From assembly GCA_002269645.1 (NCBI GenBank), contig NIVC01001678.1, positions 1 to 64,000 on the forward strand: a stretch of DNA of 64,000 nt, given 5' to 3'. This stretch comes from Macrostomum lignano. Its lineage: Eukaryota. Position 1 is the first letter of the stretch. Each line of letters begins with the position of its first letter. The translations under genes and the position numbers were made by a program. Of the stretch, positions 12,603-27,586 are shown piece after piece. The notes under the pieces were generated by a model. That model was not told where the DNA came from. It worked only from the letters and a program-made list of their open reading frames with translations, and searched no databases.

Positions 12603-15600
12603 ATGCACCATCATCAGATTTACTATTCATATCTGACTGCAGCCGCCACCGCAGCCGCCGCCGCAGCCGAAGCTGACACAGAATCCCAATCTTCATCCTA
12701 TTATTTAAACAGTTTAAATAGCCGACCCGCGCTTCAAAACTGTTTAAATCGGCAGTTAAACTATCAGCCTACCGCAGCTGGGCTTCAGGAGTATCACCGA
12801 CTGCTGAGTGGCAGCGGCGGCAGTTCGTTCTCTGGTAAGTGCTGCTTGCTTGGTTTAATAACTTTATTTACAACATGATAAAATCTATCCCTCAACTCAA
12901 GGGCCAGGGGAGGCGAGAGAGAGAGGGGATTAATAATAGATTAATTAATTATGATAAAACCGACTACCGACTCTTAATCCGATCAGGCCGAACCGAGCAG
13001 TCGCAGCACTCAGGAGCTCCCAGGAAGCCAACTCCACTTCGTTTGACGCCACTTCATCATCAGCAGCATCAGCATCAAACTTCGTCGCTGCAGCCTCCGC
13101 CATGGCGGTCTTGGCTTCCCGACCGGGCTACGGCTGCCGGCCTCGAGAACGCGCCTCTCCCGCCGCTGCCGCCGCCGCCACCGCCACTTCCACCGCCGCC
13201 AATGCAGGGTTTCCGACCGGTGAAGCGAGTGCCATCAGCTGGCGCCGAGGCCGACTTCTCCCTCGGCAACGGCACTTCAAAGCGACCCGCCGCTGCAGCC
13301 GCCGCCGAAGAGTCCGACGCTCCGTTGGACCTTCGACTGCCCGGACGAATTCTTGCTAGCTCGACTGCCGCCGCCGAAGTTCGAGACGAAGTCGACGACG
13401 ACCGAAGCTCCTGCGACTTCAGCGGCGGCGGCGGCCGCCAGCCGGTGACGTCGTGCCACCAGTGCCGCCAGACCTTCTTGTGCCTGCGCGACCTGAACGG
13501 CCACTTCGAGAAGTCGCATCTGCACTCGCTGATGTCAGAGTTCGACAACACCAAGTCCTGGAAGTCGTCCGCAGTCGACAACAAGGAGCTCAACGTCGAG
13601 GCCACCATGGTGCGGCTGGAGAACGGCGACACGATCGGGTTCAAGTGTCCCGAGTGTGACTACTTCGCCAAGTGGCCCACGGAGCTGCAGAAGCACATCA
13701 TGGTGCACTCCAATGCCCGACCTCACGTGTGCGTCGTCTGCGGCTGCACCTACAAGTGGAAGTGGGACCTCGGCAGGCACTTCGACAAGTCGCACGAGTC
13801 CGGCGAGATGCCCAACCCGTACAAGAAGAACACGGTTAAGCCCGCTGTGAGTTTGCCTGCGGCAGCGGCTGAGGAGCCTGAGATTCCGGGAGGAGCTCAG
13901 TTTGCACTGCTCGACAGCTATGAGGTAAGTTTTGTACTTTTCAAATGGGGATTTAGGGAATAATATAAGACAGGAGTAAGCAGAGGGGAATGAGAGGGAG
14001 TATACTGAGGGAAAAGAGGGGGAGAACACAGATAGGATGTAAGGCCGATTAGCATTACAGGAAATGGAGTGGGTGGAGAGTTGCTCGCCACGAGGCGGCC
14101 CAATTAGCAGCTAATTAAACAATTAATTGCTCAAAGTAAGTCAGTCAAGGTTTGATAATGAGACCATATGTATTGAGCAATAACTTCCTTGGTCCCTGTT
14201 TCTAAGCCCATTGTCTGCGATAGAAATAAATTAGCAGCATTCTTTTAAAATTGCGTTTTTTAAATTGCGTGGTGTGAATGCGGAAAAATATTGACAATAC
14301 TTTTCTCCTACTAGTAGTAGGCGAGTGAAATCCTAGCCCGAAAATTAAGGAAAAATAATCAAGATAGAGTCTAGGATGGAATATGCATAGATTAGAATTG
14401 AGATATGGGATCAGTGTGTGAGATGGGATATGGGATATGAGTGTGAGATGGGATATGGGATCAGTGTGTGAGATGGGGATATTGGATCAAAATAGGAGAT
14501 GGGATATGGGATTAGAGTATGAGATGGGATCAGAATGTGAGATTTGGGATCAGAATGTGAGATTTGGGATCAGAATGTGAGATGGGATATGGTATCAGAG
14601 TGTGAGATGGGGATATGAGATCAGTGTGTGAGATAGGGAGATAGGGATATGGGATCAGAATGTGAGATAGGGAGATAGGGATATGGGATCAGAATGTGAG
14701 ATTGGGGATATGGGATCAGAATGTGAGATTGGGGATATGGGATCAGAATGTGAGATTGGGGATATGGGATCAGAATGTGAGATTGGGGATATGGGATCAG
14801 AATGTGAGATTGGGGATATGAGATCAGAATGTGAGATTGGGGATATGGGATCAGATGTGAGATGGGGATATGGGATCAGAATGTGAGATGGGGATATGGG
14901 ATCAGAATGTGAGATGGGGATATGGGATCAGAGTGTGAGATGGGATATGGGATCAGAATGTGAGATTGGGGATATGGGATCAGATGTGAGATTGGGATAT
15001 GGGATCAGAATGTGAGATTGGGGATATGGGATCAGATGTGAGATGGGGATATGGGATCAGAATGTGAGATTGGGGATATCGGATCAGAATGTGAGATGGG
15101 ATATGGGATCAGAGTGTGAGATGGGGATATAGGATCAGAATGTGAGATGGGGATGTGGGATCAGAGTGTGAGATGGGGATATGGGATCAGAGTGTGAGAT
15201 GGGGATATGGGATCAGAGTGTGAGATGGGGATGTGGGATCAGAGTGTGAGATGGGATATGGGATCAAAGTGTGAGATGGGGATGTGGGATCGCAAACTGT
15301 GGGATCAGGAACATGGGATCTGAATTTGAGATATGATTTAGAAATGCATTTGAAATCCGCCTATCCCACCTCAATCCATCAGTGGCAGCCTCAGCGTCGT
15401 GACGGCTTCGAGACTCCTCACCAGCCTCCTCCTCCGCAGTCTCTCGAGCCTCACCAACCGATTAAGAACAATCAACAGCAGCCGCTGCAAACGCCGAATA
15501 ACAACGAGTCGACGCCCCAGAGCAGCGCCACCAGCTGGCCGTTCACCTGCCCGATCTGCGGCGCCAAGGCCCGGTGGAAGTCGGAGCTGAAGTCGCACCT

Positions 15601-16679
15601 GGTGAACCACAGCAACTTCAAGCCGTACAGATGCGGATTTTGCCCCTACCGCAGCAAGTGGCGCTGGGACGTTGTGAAGCATCTGAAACGCTGTCCGGCT
15701 AAGCGAGCTGCCGACATCGAAGTCGACACAGCTGACGGCTCGAGGAGAGACGACGTGATTTATGACCCTCCGGATCCAGAGCTGTTTAGCAACGAGGCTG
15801 AGGTTCTGCTGTACGCCGGAGAACGCGGCAGCGGAGGCAGCAGCGGCAGCGGCAGCGGCGGCACTTCAAAGAGCTCGAGGCGCTCCGCTCCTACAGTGTC
15901 GGCATCATCGTCAGGCTCGGGTGCTGAGCGGGTGAGCTGGGATTCGGGAAACTGCTTTTCAGGTTTTTAATCCTGTAGGTTTTGTGAGTTAACTGGAAAT
16001 ATCATCGATACGGTCCCTCTGGTCCCGCAAGTCATGCTGATCCTCAGATCCAACAAATCCCACTGATCCCATAGATCCCACAAATCCCACTGATCCCACA
16101 GCTGATCCCATATTCCCTCTGATCCCACAAGTCCCTCTGATCCCATATTCCCTCTGATCCCACAAGTCCCTCTGATCCCACAAGTCCTGATCCCACAAGT
16201 CCTGATCCCACAAGTCCTTCTGATCCCACAAGTCCCGCTGATCCCACAAGTCCCTCTGATCCCACTGATCCCATAAATCCCTCTATCTCACAAGTCCCGC
16301 TGATCCCACAAGTCCCTCTGATCCCACAAGTCCCTCTGATCCCACAAGTCCCGCTGATCCCACAAGTCCCTCTGATCCCGCTGATCCCACAAGTCCCTAT
16401 GATCCCACAAGTCCCGCTGATCCATCTGATCCCACAAATCACTACGGTTAAAAATCCGATCAACTCTAACAATCCTATTGATCACTTAAAAAGATATCAA
16501 TAAAAATCCTCACTTTACTCCCCAATCCACAGCGCATCCTCAACGGTTCCGGCGCTGGAAGCTCCGGCAGTGAGTCGACTCAGTCCCGAGTCGGTCGCCC
16601 GTCGCTGGCCCAGGCCTCACCTACCCAGTTGCCGTCAGGGACATCAAAGGCAGCCGCCGCCACCGCCGCCGTGGAGTGA
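12603..16679 (+). CDS. Zinc-finger transcription factor, copy 1 (4 C2H2 + 1 C2HC finger, ~621 aa)
   Basis: Exons 12603-12834, 12987-13924, 15383-15931 and 16533-16679. All introns are GT-AG with matching phases (1,0,0); total 1866 nt ending in TGA. Fingers: CHQC..HFEKSH, CPEC..HIMVH, CVVC..HFDKSH, CPIC..HLVNH, CGFC..HLKRC. PLDLR motif at ~13322. Confidence 0.85.
14390..15300. repeat. 27-bp minisatellite GGGATATGGGATCAGAATGTGAGATTG filling intron 2 of copy 1
   Basis: Direct observation. The copy-2 equivalent is 25530-26200. Confidence 0.9.
16055..16440. repeat. 18-bp minisatellite GATCCCACAAGTCCCTCT in intron 3 of copy 1
   Basis: Direct observation. The copy-2 equivalent is ~26962-27347. Confidence 0.9.
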
Positions 16680-17244
16680 CTTATTTGATACTATTATACC
16701 TGCATAGTATAATAATCATACCTGCTGCTGACATGCTTGAATTTTCTTGTAAATGGGTAATTAATAAATTACTCATCGCTTATTTTCAGTTATTCCCTTA
16801 TCCCCGGCATTATTTTGTTGTATTTTACTGATTTTATCATTTTTCTCTTCTCTGCGTTTCATTTTTAGACGCGCACGTGCTTACTTTTCTACTTTTCTTT
16901 TCAATCAGTAGTATGATTAGCTTTTTTATATTTGCTTAAAAAAAAAACGAAAAAATTGCTGGCTACCTATAGGTCGTTAGGGCGTTTCGTATTATTATTT
17001 TTTAGAGTTTTGTGATTTCTGTTTTAATCAGTTTCGTCAGATATGTGTCGAACTTAGGACATTTTTTCGCAACAAAATCCTGCGCTATCGCTTTCTAATA
17101 ACTCGTATTTAATTCTGTCATATATTCGTGCGTAGAATTTGCTTTTTTCGTAGAATAATTTTGCTTGTATATCGTTTCCTGTTTGTTTAAATATAAAAAA
17201 GTAAAAAAAAACCTAAACTTTTGTCTACACCAAGTTTTTCATTT

Positions 17245-17610
17245 TACCCTGTCTTATCAAACCTGCCCTATCTAACCTGTCTTTCCAAGCCTGTCCTATC
17301 AAACCTGTCTTCTCAAACCTGTCTGCTCAAACCTGTCTTCTCAAGCCTGTGCTCAAACCTGTCTTCTCAATCCTGTCTTCACAAACCTGTCTTCTCAAGC
17401 CTGTGCTCAAACCTGTCTTCTCAAACCTGTCTTCTCAAGCCTGTCTTCTCAAGCCTGTCTTCACAAACCTGTCTTGTCAAGCCTGTCTTCTCAAACCTGT
17501 CTTGTCAAGCCTGTCTTCTCAAGCCTGTCTGCTCAAACCTGTCTTCTCAAGCCTGTCTGCTCAAGCCTGTCTGCTCAAACCTGTCTTCTCAAGCCTGTCT
17601 TCTCAAACCT
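17245..17610. repeat. 14-bp minisatellite CAAACCTGTCTTCT
   Basis: Direct observation. The copy-2 equivalent is ~28155-28503. Confidence 0.9.
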
Positions 17611-18074
17611 TACCTATTAAAGCCTGTATGTAATTAACAAATTTAAATTTGAGATCAACACAAGTTTCTAGACATTTCTAGATTATATTTAATTACGTAA
17701 TAAAGACTGAGACAACACCGAGAAAACCACAATTTTAACTTTGGTTGCTGCAGCAGCAGCAGTTGAAAAAAACTAAGAGCCTAATATAAATTCTAGTGTC
17801 GGGGTGTGTGTACACTATAGCAAATTAAAACGGCATATTTGCAAGCGTAAACTTCATTAAGGTAAGGTACAATTATTATGGTTGGAATTTGATGCAATAT
17901 ATCATAACAGGCCTTTAGATTAGTGAGTAAATGAATGAATCAGTTAAGCTATCAAATATTTAAAAATCAGTCAGAACAATGTTTAGGAAATATGCATTTT
18001 ATAGATTTCAAACACACTGTGCTGCGAAGTAAATATGACGGATCACGGCTCTTATAGAGTTCGCAGTGAGGTTT

Positions 18075-18528
18075 AGGATTTAGGATTGGGATTCAGAAAC
18101 TGGGATCTAGGATTGGGATTAAAAACTGGGATCTAGGATTGGGATTAAAAAACTGGGATCTAGGATTGAGATTCAAAACTGGGATATAGGATTGGGATTC
18201 AAAAAGTGGGATATAGGATGGGGATTAAAAACTGGGATCTAGGGTTGGGATTAAAAAACTGGGATCTTGGATTGGGATCTTGGATTGGGATCTTGGATCG
18301 GGATCTTGGATTGGGATCTGGGATTGGGATCTGGGATCGGGACCTGGGATTGGGATATAGGATTAGGATCTAAGGATTGGGATCTATGATTGGGACCTAG
18401 GATTGGGATCTAGGGTTGGGATTAAAAAACTGGGATCTTGGATTGGGATCTTGGATTGGGATCTGGGATTGGGACCTGGGATTGGGATCTAGGATTGGGA
18501 CCTGGGATTGGGATTGGGATTATTGGGA
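18075..18528. repeat. GGGATT/GGGATCT-based array at the end of copy 1, containing the duplication junction
   Basis: Direct observation. The full-length version is ~28965-29580. Confidence 0.88.
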
Positions 18529-19077
18529 TTACGTTAAAAATTGTCAAAGCTGTCGAAAGTTTTAAAAGCTGTCAAATCCGATCAATGAGGTCTCTCGAAT
18601 TGTTAGATTGAGAAAAAAAGTTGCACAATATTTCCTTACCGTTGCAGCCTGTACACTGCATGCCCCAACGGCACTGGAGACAATCAACAGCTGCCAATGA
18701 TATGCTGCATGAACAATCAGAAACGATTGATGACGCCAAGCCAAGCTTCAAAGATGTTGCTATCCGGGCTCCGGTAACGGACTTGTGTTTTTATTAATTT
18801 ATTTAAGACGACATAGATTTCAGTGCCAGGCGGACACAAATATATATGACATTTTGTTCTGTCCTGAGATGAGGATACTCGCGTCAAAAAAACTGATTTA
18901 TGATACAAAAGGAGGCCCAGAAACTTAACCAAACTTGTGTGTCACACGCTTTAATTGCACATAATCTACTTGGATACAATGGTCACCGTGTCAAAGTGTC
19001 AAAGCTGTTTAATCAGGGACTGTCATTTTTACTACTGGTTGATAGGTTGCTAGATAGATAGAGAGATGAATAAATAT

Positions 19078-20118
<1,041 letters not shown>

Positions 20119-20691
20119 TAATTAAATTCCAATTTAAGCCACACCATGCAGATGTTGCAGGCTTGACTGCACAATCAAGGCCTGTTAAAACACAAAGCAG
20201 AGGCTGAATCGCGGCGACGGCTGCCAAAGTCTTCAATTGACATTGAAACTTTTATTTATTCTGCTATACATCGGGTTAAGCTTGAGCGTTGCATATTGGA
20301 AAATGATGAAGAAGTGGACGCCTTTCGCAATGAGGAAAACAAACTCAAACAAAGCTCACAGACGGCCCTGCAAGGAAAGAACTGATTCGATTTCAAATTA
20401 AGTTCTTTGAAAAGCACGGAGAAAGGAATTTGCATTGACTTGACTGAGTTTCCATGGCCCTGGCGGGTGTTTCTTAACACAAACTATAAACCACCTCGCA
20501 ATGGGACCTCGTGGTTTATCGTATAATACGAACGTAAAAAGGTCACTCTCGACTCTCGGGGTCAGGATGGAAGAAACACCTGCAAGACAAACCCTGCTGG
20601 CTGCTTCAAGTAAAAAAATATTGAGATTCTTTGCATTGATCAATGAGTCACCACTCACCATGGCCATGAGCAGCTGCATTCAAGTCCAGCC

Positions 20692-21887
20692 TCCGATCCT
20701 TCCGCCCCTGCTACTTCCGCCCCCGATCCTTCCGCCCCCGATCCTTCCGCCCCCGATCCTTCCGCCCCCGACCCTTCCGCCCCCGATCCTTCCGCCCCGA
20801 TCCTTCCACCTCCGATCCTTCCGCCCCGACCCTTCCGCCCCCGACCCTTCCGCCCCCGATCCTTCCGCCCCCGATCCTTCCACCTCCGATCCTTCCGCCC
20901 CCGACCCTTCCGCCCCCGACCCTTCCGCCCCCGACCCTTCCGCCCCCGACCCTTCCGCCCCCGACCCTTCCGCCCCGACCCTTCCGCCCCTGCTACTTCC
21001 GCCCCGATCCTTCCACCTCCGATCCTTCCGCCCCCGACCCTTCCGCCCCCGACCCTTCCGCCCCTGCTACTTCCGCCCCCGATCCTTCCGCCCCCTGATG
21101 CTTCCGCCCCTGCTACTTCCGCCCCCGATCCTTTCGCCCCGATCCTTCCGCCCGATCCTTCCGCCCCCGACCCTTCCGCCCCCGACCCTTCCGCCCCCGA
21201 CCCTTCCGCCCCGACCCTTCCGCCCCCGATCCTTCCGCCCCCGACCCTTCCGCCCCCGACCCTTCCGCCCCCGACCCTTCCACCCCCTGATGCTTCCGCC
21301 CCTGCTACTTCCGCCCCGATCCTTTCGCCCCCGATCCTTCCGCCCCGATCCTTCCGCCCCCGATCCTTCCGCCTCCGATCCTTCCGCCCCCGACCCTTCC
21401 GCCCCGACCCTTCCGCCCCGACTCTTCCGCCCCCGACCCTTCCGCCCCCGATACTTCCGCCTCCGATCCTTCCGCCCCCGACCCTTCCGCCCCCGACCCT
21501 TCCGCCCCCGACCCTTCCGCCCCCGACCCTTCCGCCCCCGATACTTCCGCCCCCGATCCTTCCGCCCCGATCCTTCCGCCCCGATCCTTCCGCCCCGATC
21601 CTTCCGCCCCCGACCCTTCCGCCCCCGACCCTTCCGCCCCCGATCCTTCCGCCCCCGATTCTTCCGCCCCCTGATGCTTCCGCCCCTGCTACTTCCGCCC
21701 CCATCTTTCCGCCCCCGATCCTTCCGCCCCCGATCCTTCCGCCCCCGATCCTTCCGCCCCTGATCCTTCCGCCCCCGATCCTTCCGCCCCTGATCCTTCC
21801 GCCCCCGATCCTTCCGCCCCCGATCCTTCCGCCCCCGATCCTTCCGCCCCCGATCCTTCCGCCCCCGGTCCTTCCGCCCCGATCCTT
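20692..21887. repeat. 15-bp minisatellite GATCCTTCCGCCCCC (copy 2)
   Basis: Direct observation. Confidence 0.93.
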
Positions 21888-23557
21888 TAGTGGGCTACCG
21901 TTTCCACTGTCCACCCCCAGGGACAGGGATCGTTCATTCAGCAGCCGCCGCCGCTTACTCAAGCGAGAAAAGGAGAGAAGTGACTTCAAATGAAAATTTC
22001 AACGCCCACCGCCTGCACGAGTGACTCAAGTGAATTCCCTTTGAATTGAAAGTGAAAAGTAAAACTTCGCACCCAATGCTTATAATGGCTTATAGGAATC
22101 AGGATTTCACCTTTTAGAAGCGATTTCTCTTATAGTTGCCATGCTATGAAGAAGGTGACAGACAGGCAGACCAGTTGACACCTTTGTCCTTTACTGTAGA
22201 ATCTTAGATTAAACTATCTATGTAGGATAAAGGTATAAGAGCTATTCATTAGCCTAGTTATTGAGGCAGACAGTGAGACCTCAATTGCCAATTGCAGACT
22301 GACTGAACTGAGGTATAGTATAGAAACTATATAATAATATAGGCAACATAATGAGTAACTAAGCTATTCTCTCTCTCTGTAAATCCGACACACAACTCCT
22401 AGTCTGTAGGCCTAGTATTAGTTAGGGGTTAAAATAATTAATTGCAATTTGCATACCAAAAAATTGCAGGCACTTGTAAAACACTATGCATACTATAGTT
22501 ATAGTTCAATTTATAATTTCATTAAACAACCTATACTAGAGTATATATATACAATAAAACTAATAAGTCTGTATAGAGTCTTGAAGTTCAAAGGCGCAGT
22601 TCAATTCTTATCAATTGATGAATATCAGTATCCATGCTGATCTCTGGCTGACTGTGTTAAGAGTATAGGGTGGCCGTTGGCCATAAAAAGTCGTCTTGAT
22701 CTGCAGGCGGGACTCGGCGGGGGGATGTCTTCAAAAGTCAACTTTAATATAATATTATAGTGTAATAAAATTTGTAACCAATTGTGTTATAAAATATAAT
22801 TTGCAGACCTTACTTATACTTACTTTCAACCTTGTCATACTTAGTTATTATCTAAGTCTATTAATACCAATAATAATCTGTAAATTAGTGTAACCAAACT
22901 AAATAATTTTTCTGCATTTTGGAGCTCTTTCCGCCCCCGATCCTTCCGCCCCGATCCTTCCGCCCCCGATCCTTCCGCCCCCTGATCCTTCCGGCCCCGA
23001 TCCTTCCGCCCCCGATCCTTCCGCCCCCTGATCCTTCCGCCCCCGATCCTTCCGCCCCCGATCCTTCCGCCCCTGATCCTTCCGCCCCCGATCCTTCCGC
23101 CCCCGATCCTTCCGCCCCCTGATCCTTCCGCCCCCGATCCTTCCGCCCCCGATCCTTCCGCCCCCTGATCCCTCCCTCCGCCCTTGTTATTTCTTTAGCG
23201 CTACTTCTATAGAAGATTGCTGGCGCCCCCTCTAAACTTGAAGCGTCAAGCGTAACTTTTTAGCAACCATTCCGGAGTGTTGAGCTGTTGAATCCTCCCT
23301 CAGAAGTTCTTTTGCCAGAGAGTGCAGAGAGTTTGGTTGGGGAATTTCTACAAAAGCAATCCATAAGAATACAATAGAAAATCTGCCAATTCGAAAAATA
23401 ATAAATCGTCACATAGGACTCGCGGACCTGTCCACCCAACCAAACAAAAGCAATTCTGACATCCCGCAGGCTCAGACTTCCTAAACTCCCGAAACACTTC
23501 AAACACGCAGTTAGGTGAGGTGATTTTCGTCAAATTGAAATGCCAACCCACAAGGAC

Positions 23558-23696
23558 CAATGGCGGGCGTTCTATCGCCAGCCCCCCCGCCGATCGCCAG
23601 CCAATGAGATTGCTCCGAGAGTTGTGCGGTGAATCTAATCAACACCCCCTCTCACCGGTATTTTATATATATACATACAGTCATACATACATCAGT
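23558..23696 (+). promoter_or_regulatory. Duplicated core promoter of zinc-finger gene copy 2
   Basis: Same CCAAT/TATA (23664)/TCAGT (23692) arrangement as copy 1. Confidence 0.55.
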
Positions 23697-23749
23697 AAGA
23701 CTTCAGTAAATTCTATTTAGTTATATCAAGCAGAAAGCAAAGCGAAGCA

Positions 23750-26700
23750 ATGCACCATCATCAGATTTACTATTCATATCTGACTGCAGCCGCCACCGCA
23801 GCCGCCGCCGCAGCCGAAGCTGACACAGAATCCCAATCTTCATCCTATTATTTAAACAGTTTAAATAGCCGACCCGCGCTTCAAAACTGTTTAAATCGGC
23901 AGTTAAACTATCAGCCTACCGCAGCTGGCTTCAGGAGTATCACCGACTGCTGAGTGGCAGCGGCGGCAGTTCGTTCTCTGGTAAGTGCTGCTTGCTTGGT
24001 TTAATAACTTTATTTACAACATGATAAAATCTATCCCTCAACTCAAGGGCCAGGGGAGGCGAGAGAGAGAGGGGATTAATAATAGATTAATTAATTATGA
24101 TAAAACCGACTACCGACTCTTAATCCGATCAGGCCGAACCGAGCAGTCGCAGCACTCAGGAGCTCTCAGGAAGCCAACTCCACTTCGTTTGACGCCACTT
24201 CATCATCAGCAGCATCAGCATCAAACTTCGTCGCTGCAGCCTCCGCCATGGCGGTCTTGGCTTCCCGACCGGGCTACGGCTGCCGGCCTCGAGAACGCGC
24301 CTCTCCCGCCGCTGCCGCCGCCGCCACCGCCACTTCCACCGCCGCCAATGCAGGGTTTCCGACCGGTGAAGCGAGTGCCATCAGCTGGCGCCGAGGCCGA
24401 CTTCTCCCTCGGCAACGGCACTTCAAAGCGACCCGCCGCTGCAGCCGCCGCCGAAGAGTTCGACGCTCCGTTGGACCTTCGACTGCCCGGACGAATTCTT
24501 GCCAGCTCGATGGCCGCCGCCGAAGTTCGAGACGAAGTCGACGACGACCGAAGCTCCTGCGACTTCAGCGGCGGCGGCGGCCGCCAGCCGGTTACGTCGT
24601 GCCACCAGTGCCGCCAGACCTTCCTGTGCCTGCGTGACCTGAACGGCCACTTCGAGAAGTCGCATCTGCACTCGCTGATGTCCGAGTTCGACAACACCAA
24701 GTCCTGGAAGTCGTCCGCAGTCGACAACAAGGAGCTCAACGTCGAGGCCACCATGGTGCGGCTGGAGAACGGCGACACGATCGGGTTCAAGTGTCCCGAG
24801 TGTGACTACTTCGCCAAGTGGCCCACGGAGCTGCAGAAGCACATCATGGTGCACTCCAATGCCCGACCTCACGTGTGCGTCGTCTGCGGCTGCACCTACA
24901 AGTGGAAGTGGGACCTCGGCAGGCACTTCGACAAGTCGCACGAGTCCGGCGAGATGCCTAACCCGTACAAGAAGAACACGGTTAAGCCCGCTATGAGTTT
25001 GCCTGCGGCAGCGGCTGAGGAGCCTGAGATTCCGGGAGGAGCTCAGTTTGCACTGCTCGACAGCTATGAGGTAAGTTTTGTACTTTTCAAATGGGGATTT
25101 AGTGAATAATATAAGACAGGAGTAAGCAGAGGGGAATGAGAGGGAGTATACTGAGGGAAAAGAGGGGGAGAACACAGATAGGATGTAAGGCCGATTAGCA
25201 TTACAGGAAATGGAGTGGGTGGAGAGTTGCTCGCCACGAGGCGGCCCAATTAGCAGCTAATTAAACAATTAATTGCTCAAAGTAAGTCAGTCAAGGTCTG
25301 ATAATGAGACCATATGTATGTATTGAGCAATAACTTCCTTGGTCCCTGTTTCTATGCCCATTGTCTGCGATAAGAAATAAATTAGCAGCATTCTTTTAAA
25401 TTTGCGTTTTTTAAATTGCGTGTGTGAATGCGGAAAAAATATTGACAATACTTTTCTCCTACTAGTAGTAGGCGAGTGAAATCCTAGCCCGAAAATTAAG
25501 GAAAAATAATCAAGATAGAGTCTAGGATGGAATATGGATTAGAATTGGGATATGGGATAAGAGTGTGAGATGGGATATGGGATAAGAGTGTGAGATGGGG
25601 ATATGGGATCAGAGTGTGAGATTGGGGATATGGGATCAGAATGTGAGATTGGGGATATGGGATCAGAGTGTGAGATTGGGGATATGGGATCAGAGTGTGA
25701 GATTGGGGATATGGGATCAGAATGTGAGATTGGGGATATGGGATCAGAATGTGAGATTGGGGATATGGGATCAGAGTGTGAGATTGGGGATATGGGATCA
25801 GAGTTTGAGATAGGGATATGGGATCAGAGTTTGAGATGGAAATTTGAGATCAGAGTGTGAGATGGGATATGGGATCAGAGTGTGAGATTGGGGATATGGG
25901 ATCAGAATGTGAGATTGGGGATATGGGATCAGAATGTGAGATTGGGGATATGGGATCAGAGTGTGAGATTGGGGATATGGGATCAGAATGTGAGATTGGG
26001 GATATGGGATCTGAATGTGAGATTGGGGATATGGGATCAGAATGTGAGATTGGGGATATGGGATCAGAGTGTGAGATTGGGGATATGGGATCAGAATGTG
26101 AGATTGGGGATATGGGATCAGAGTGTGAGATTGGGGATATGGGATCAGAATGTGAGATAGGGATATGGGATCAGAATGTGAGATGGGGATGTGGGATCGC
26201 AAACTTTGGGATCAGGAACATGGGATCTGAATTTGAGATATGATTTAGAAATGCATTTGAAATTCGCCTATCCCACCTCAATCCATCAGTGGCAGCCTCA
26301 GCGTCGTGACGGCTTCGAGACTCCTCACCAGCCTCCTCCTCCGCAGTCTCTCGAGCCTCACCAACCGATTAAGAACAATCAACAGCAGCCGCTGCAAACG
26401 CCGAATAACAACGAGTCGACGCCCCAGAGCAGCGCCACCAGCTGGCCGTTCACCTGCCCGATCTGCGGCGCCAAGGCCCGGTGGAAGTCGGAGCTGAAGT
26501 CGCACCTGGTGAACCACAGCAACTTCAAGCCGTACAGATGCGGATTTTGCCCCTACCGCAGCAAGTGGCGCTGGGACGTTGTGAAGCATCTGAAACGCTG
26601 TCCGGCTAAGCGAGCTGCCGACATCGAAGTCGACACAGCTGACGGCTCGAGGAGAGACGACGTGATTTATGACCCTCCGGATCCAGAGCTGTTTAGCAAC

Positions 26701-27586
26701 GAGGCTGAGGTTCTGCTGTACGCCGGAGAACGCGGCAGCGGAGGCAGCAGCGGCAGCGGCAGCGGCGGCACTTCAAAGAGCTCGAGGCGCTCCGCTCCTA
26801 CAGTGTCGGCATCATCGTCAGGCTCGGGTGCTGAGCGGGTGAGCTGGGATTCGGGAAACTGCTTTTCAGGTTTTTAATCCTGTAGGTTTTGTGAGTTAAC
26901 TGGAAATATCATCGATACGGTCCCTCTGGTCCCGCAAGTCATGCTGATCCTCAGATCCAACAAATCCCACTGATCCCATAGATCCCACAAATCCCACTGA
27001 TCCCACAGCTGATCCCATATTCCCTCTGATCCCACAAGTCCCTCTGATCCCATATTCCCTCTGATCCCACAAGTCCCTCTGATCCCACAAGTCCTGATCC
27101 CACAAGTCCTGATCCCACAAGTCCTTCTGATCCCACAAGTCCCGCTGATCCCACAAGTCCCTCTGATCCCACTGATCCCATAAATCCCTCTATCTCACAA
27201 GTCCCGCTGATCCCACAAGTCCCTCTGATCCCACAAGTCCCTCTGATCCCACAAGTCCCGCTGATCCCACAAGTCCCTCTGATCCCGCTGATCCCACAAG
27301 TCCCTATGATCCCACAAGTCCCGCTGATCCATCTGATCCCACAAATCACTACGGTTAAAAATCCGATCAACTCTAACAATCCTATTGATCACTTAAAAAG
27401 ATATCAATAAAAATCCTCACTTTACTCCCCAATCCACAGCGCATCCTCAACGGTTCCGGCGCTGGAAGCTCCGGCAGTGAGTCGACTCAGTCCCGAGTCG
27501 GTCGCCCGTCGCTGGCCCAGGCCTCACCTACCCAGTTGCCGTCAGGGACATCAAAGGCAGCCGCCGCCACCGCCGCCGTGGAGTGA
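23750..27586 (+). pseudogene. Zinc-finger gene copy 2 with a 1-bp deletion in exon 1 (real pseudogene or sequencing error)
   Basis: Exons 23750-23980, 24133-25070, 26290-26838 and 27440-27586. GCTGGGCTT in copy 1 reads GCTGGCTT at 23924-23931, giving a stop at 23951-23953. The downstream exons are open with intact splice sites. Confidence 0.7.
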
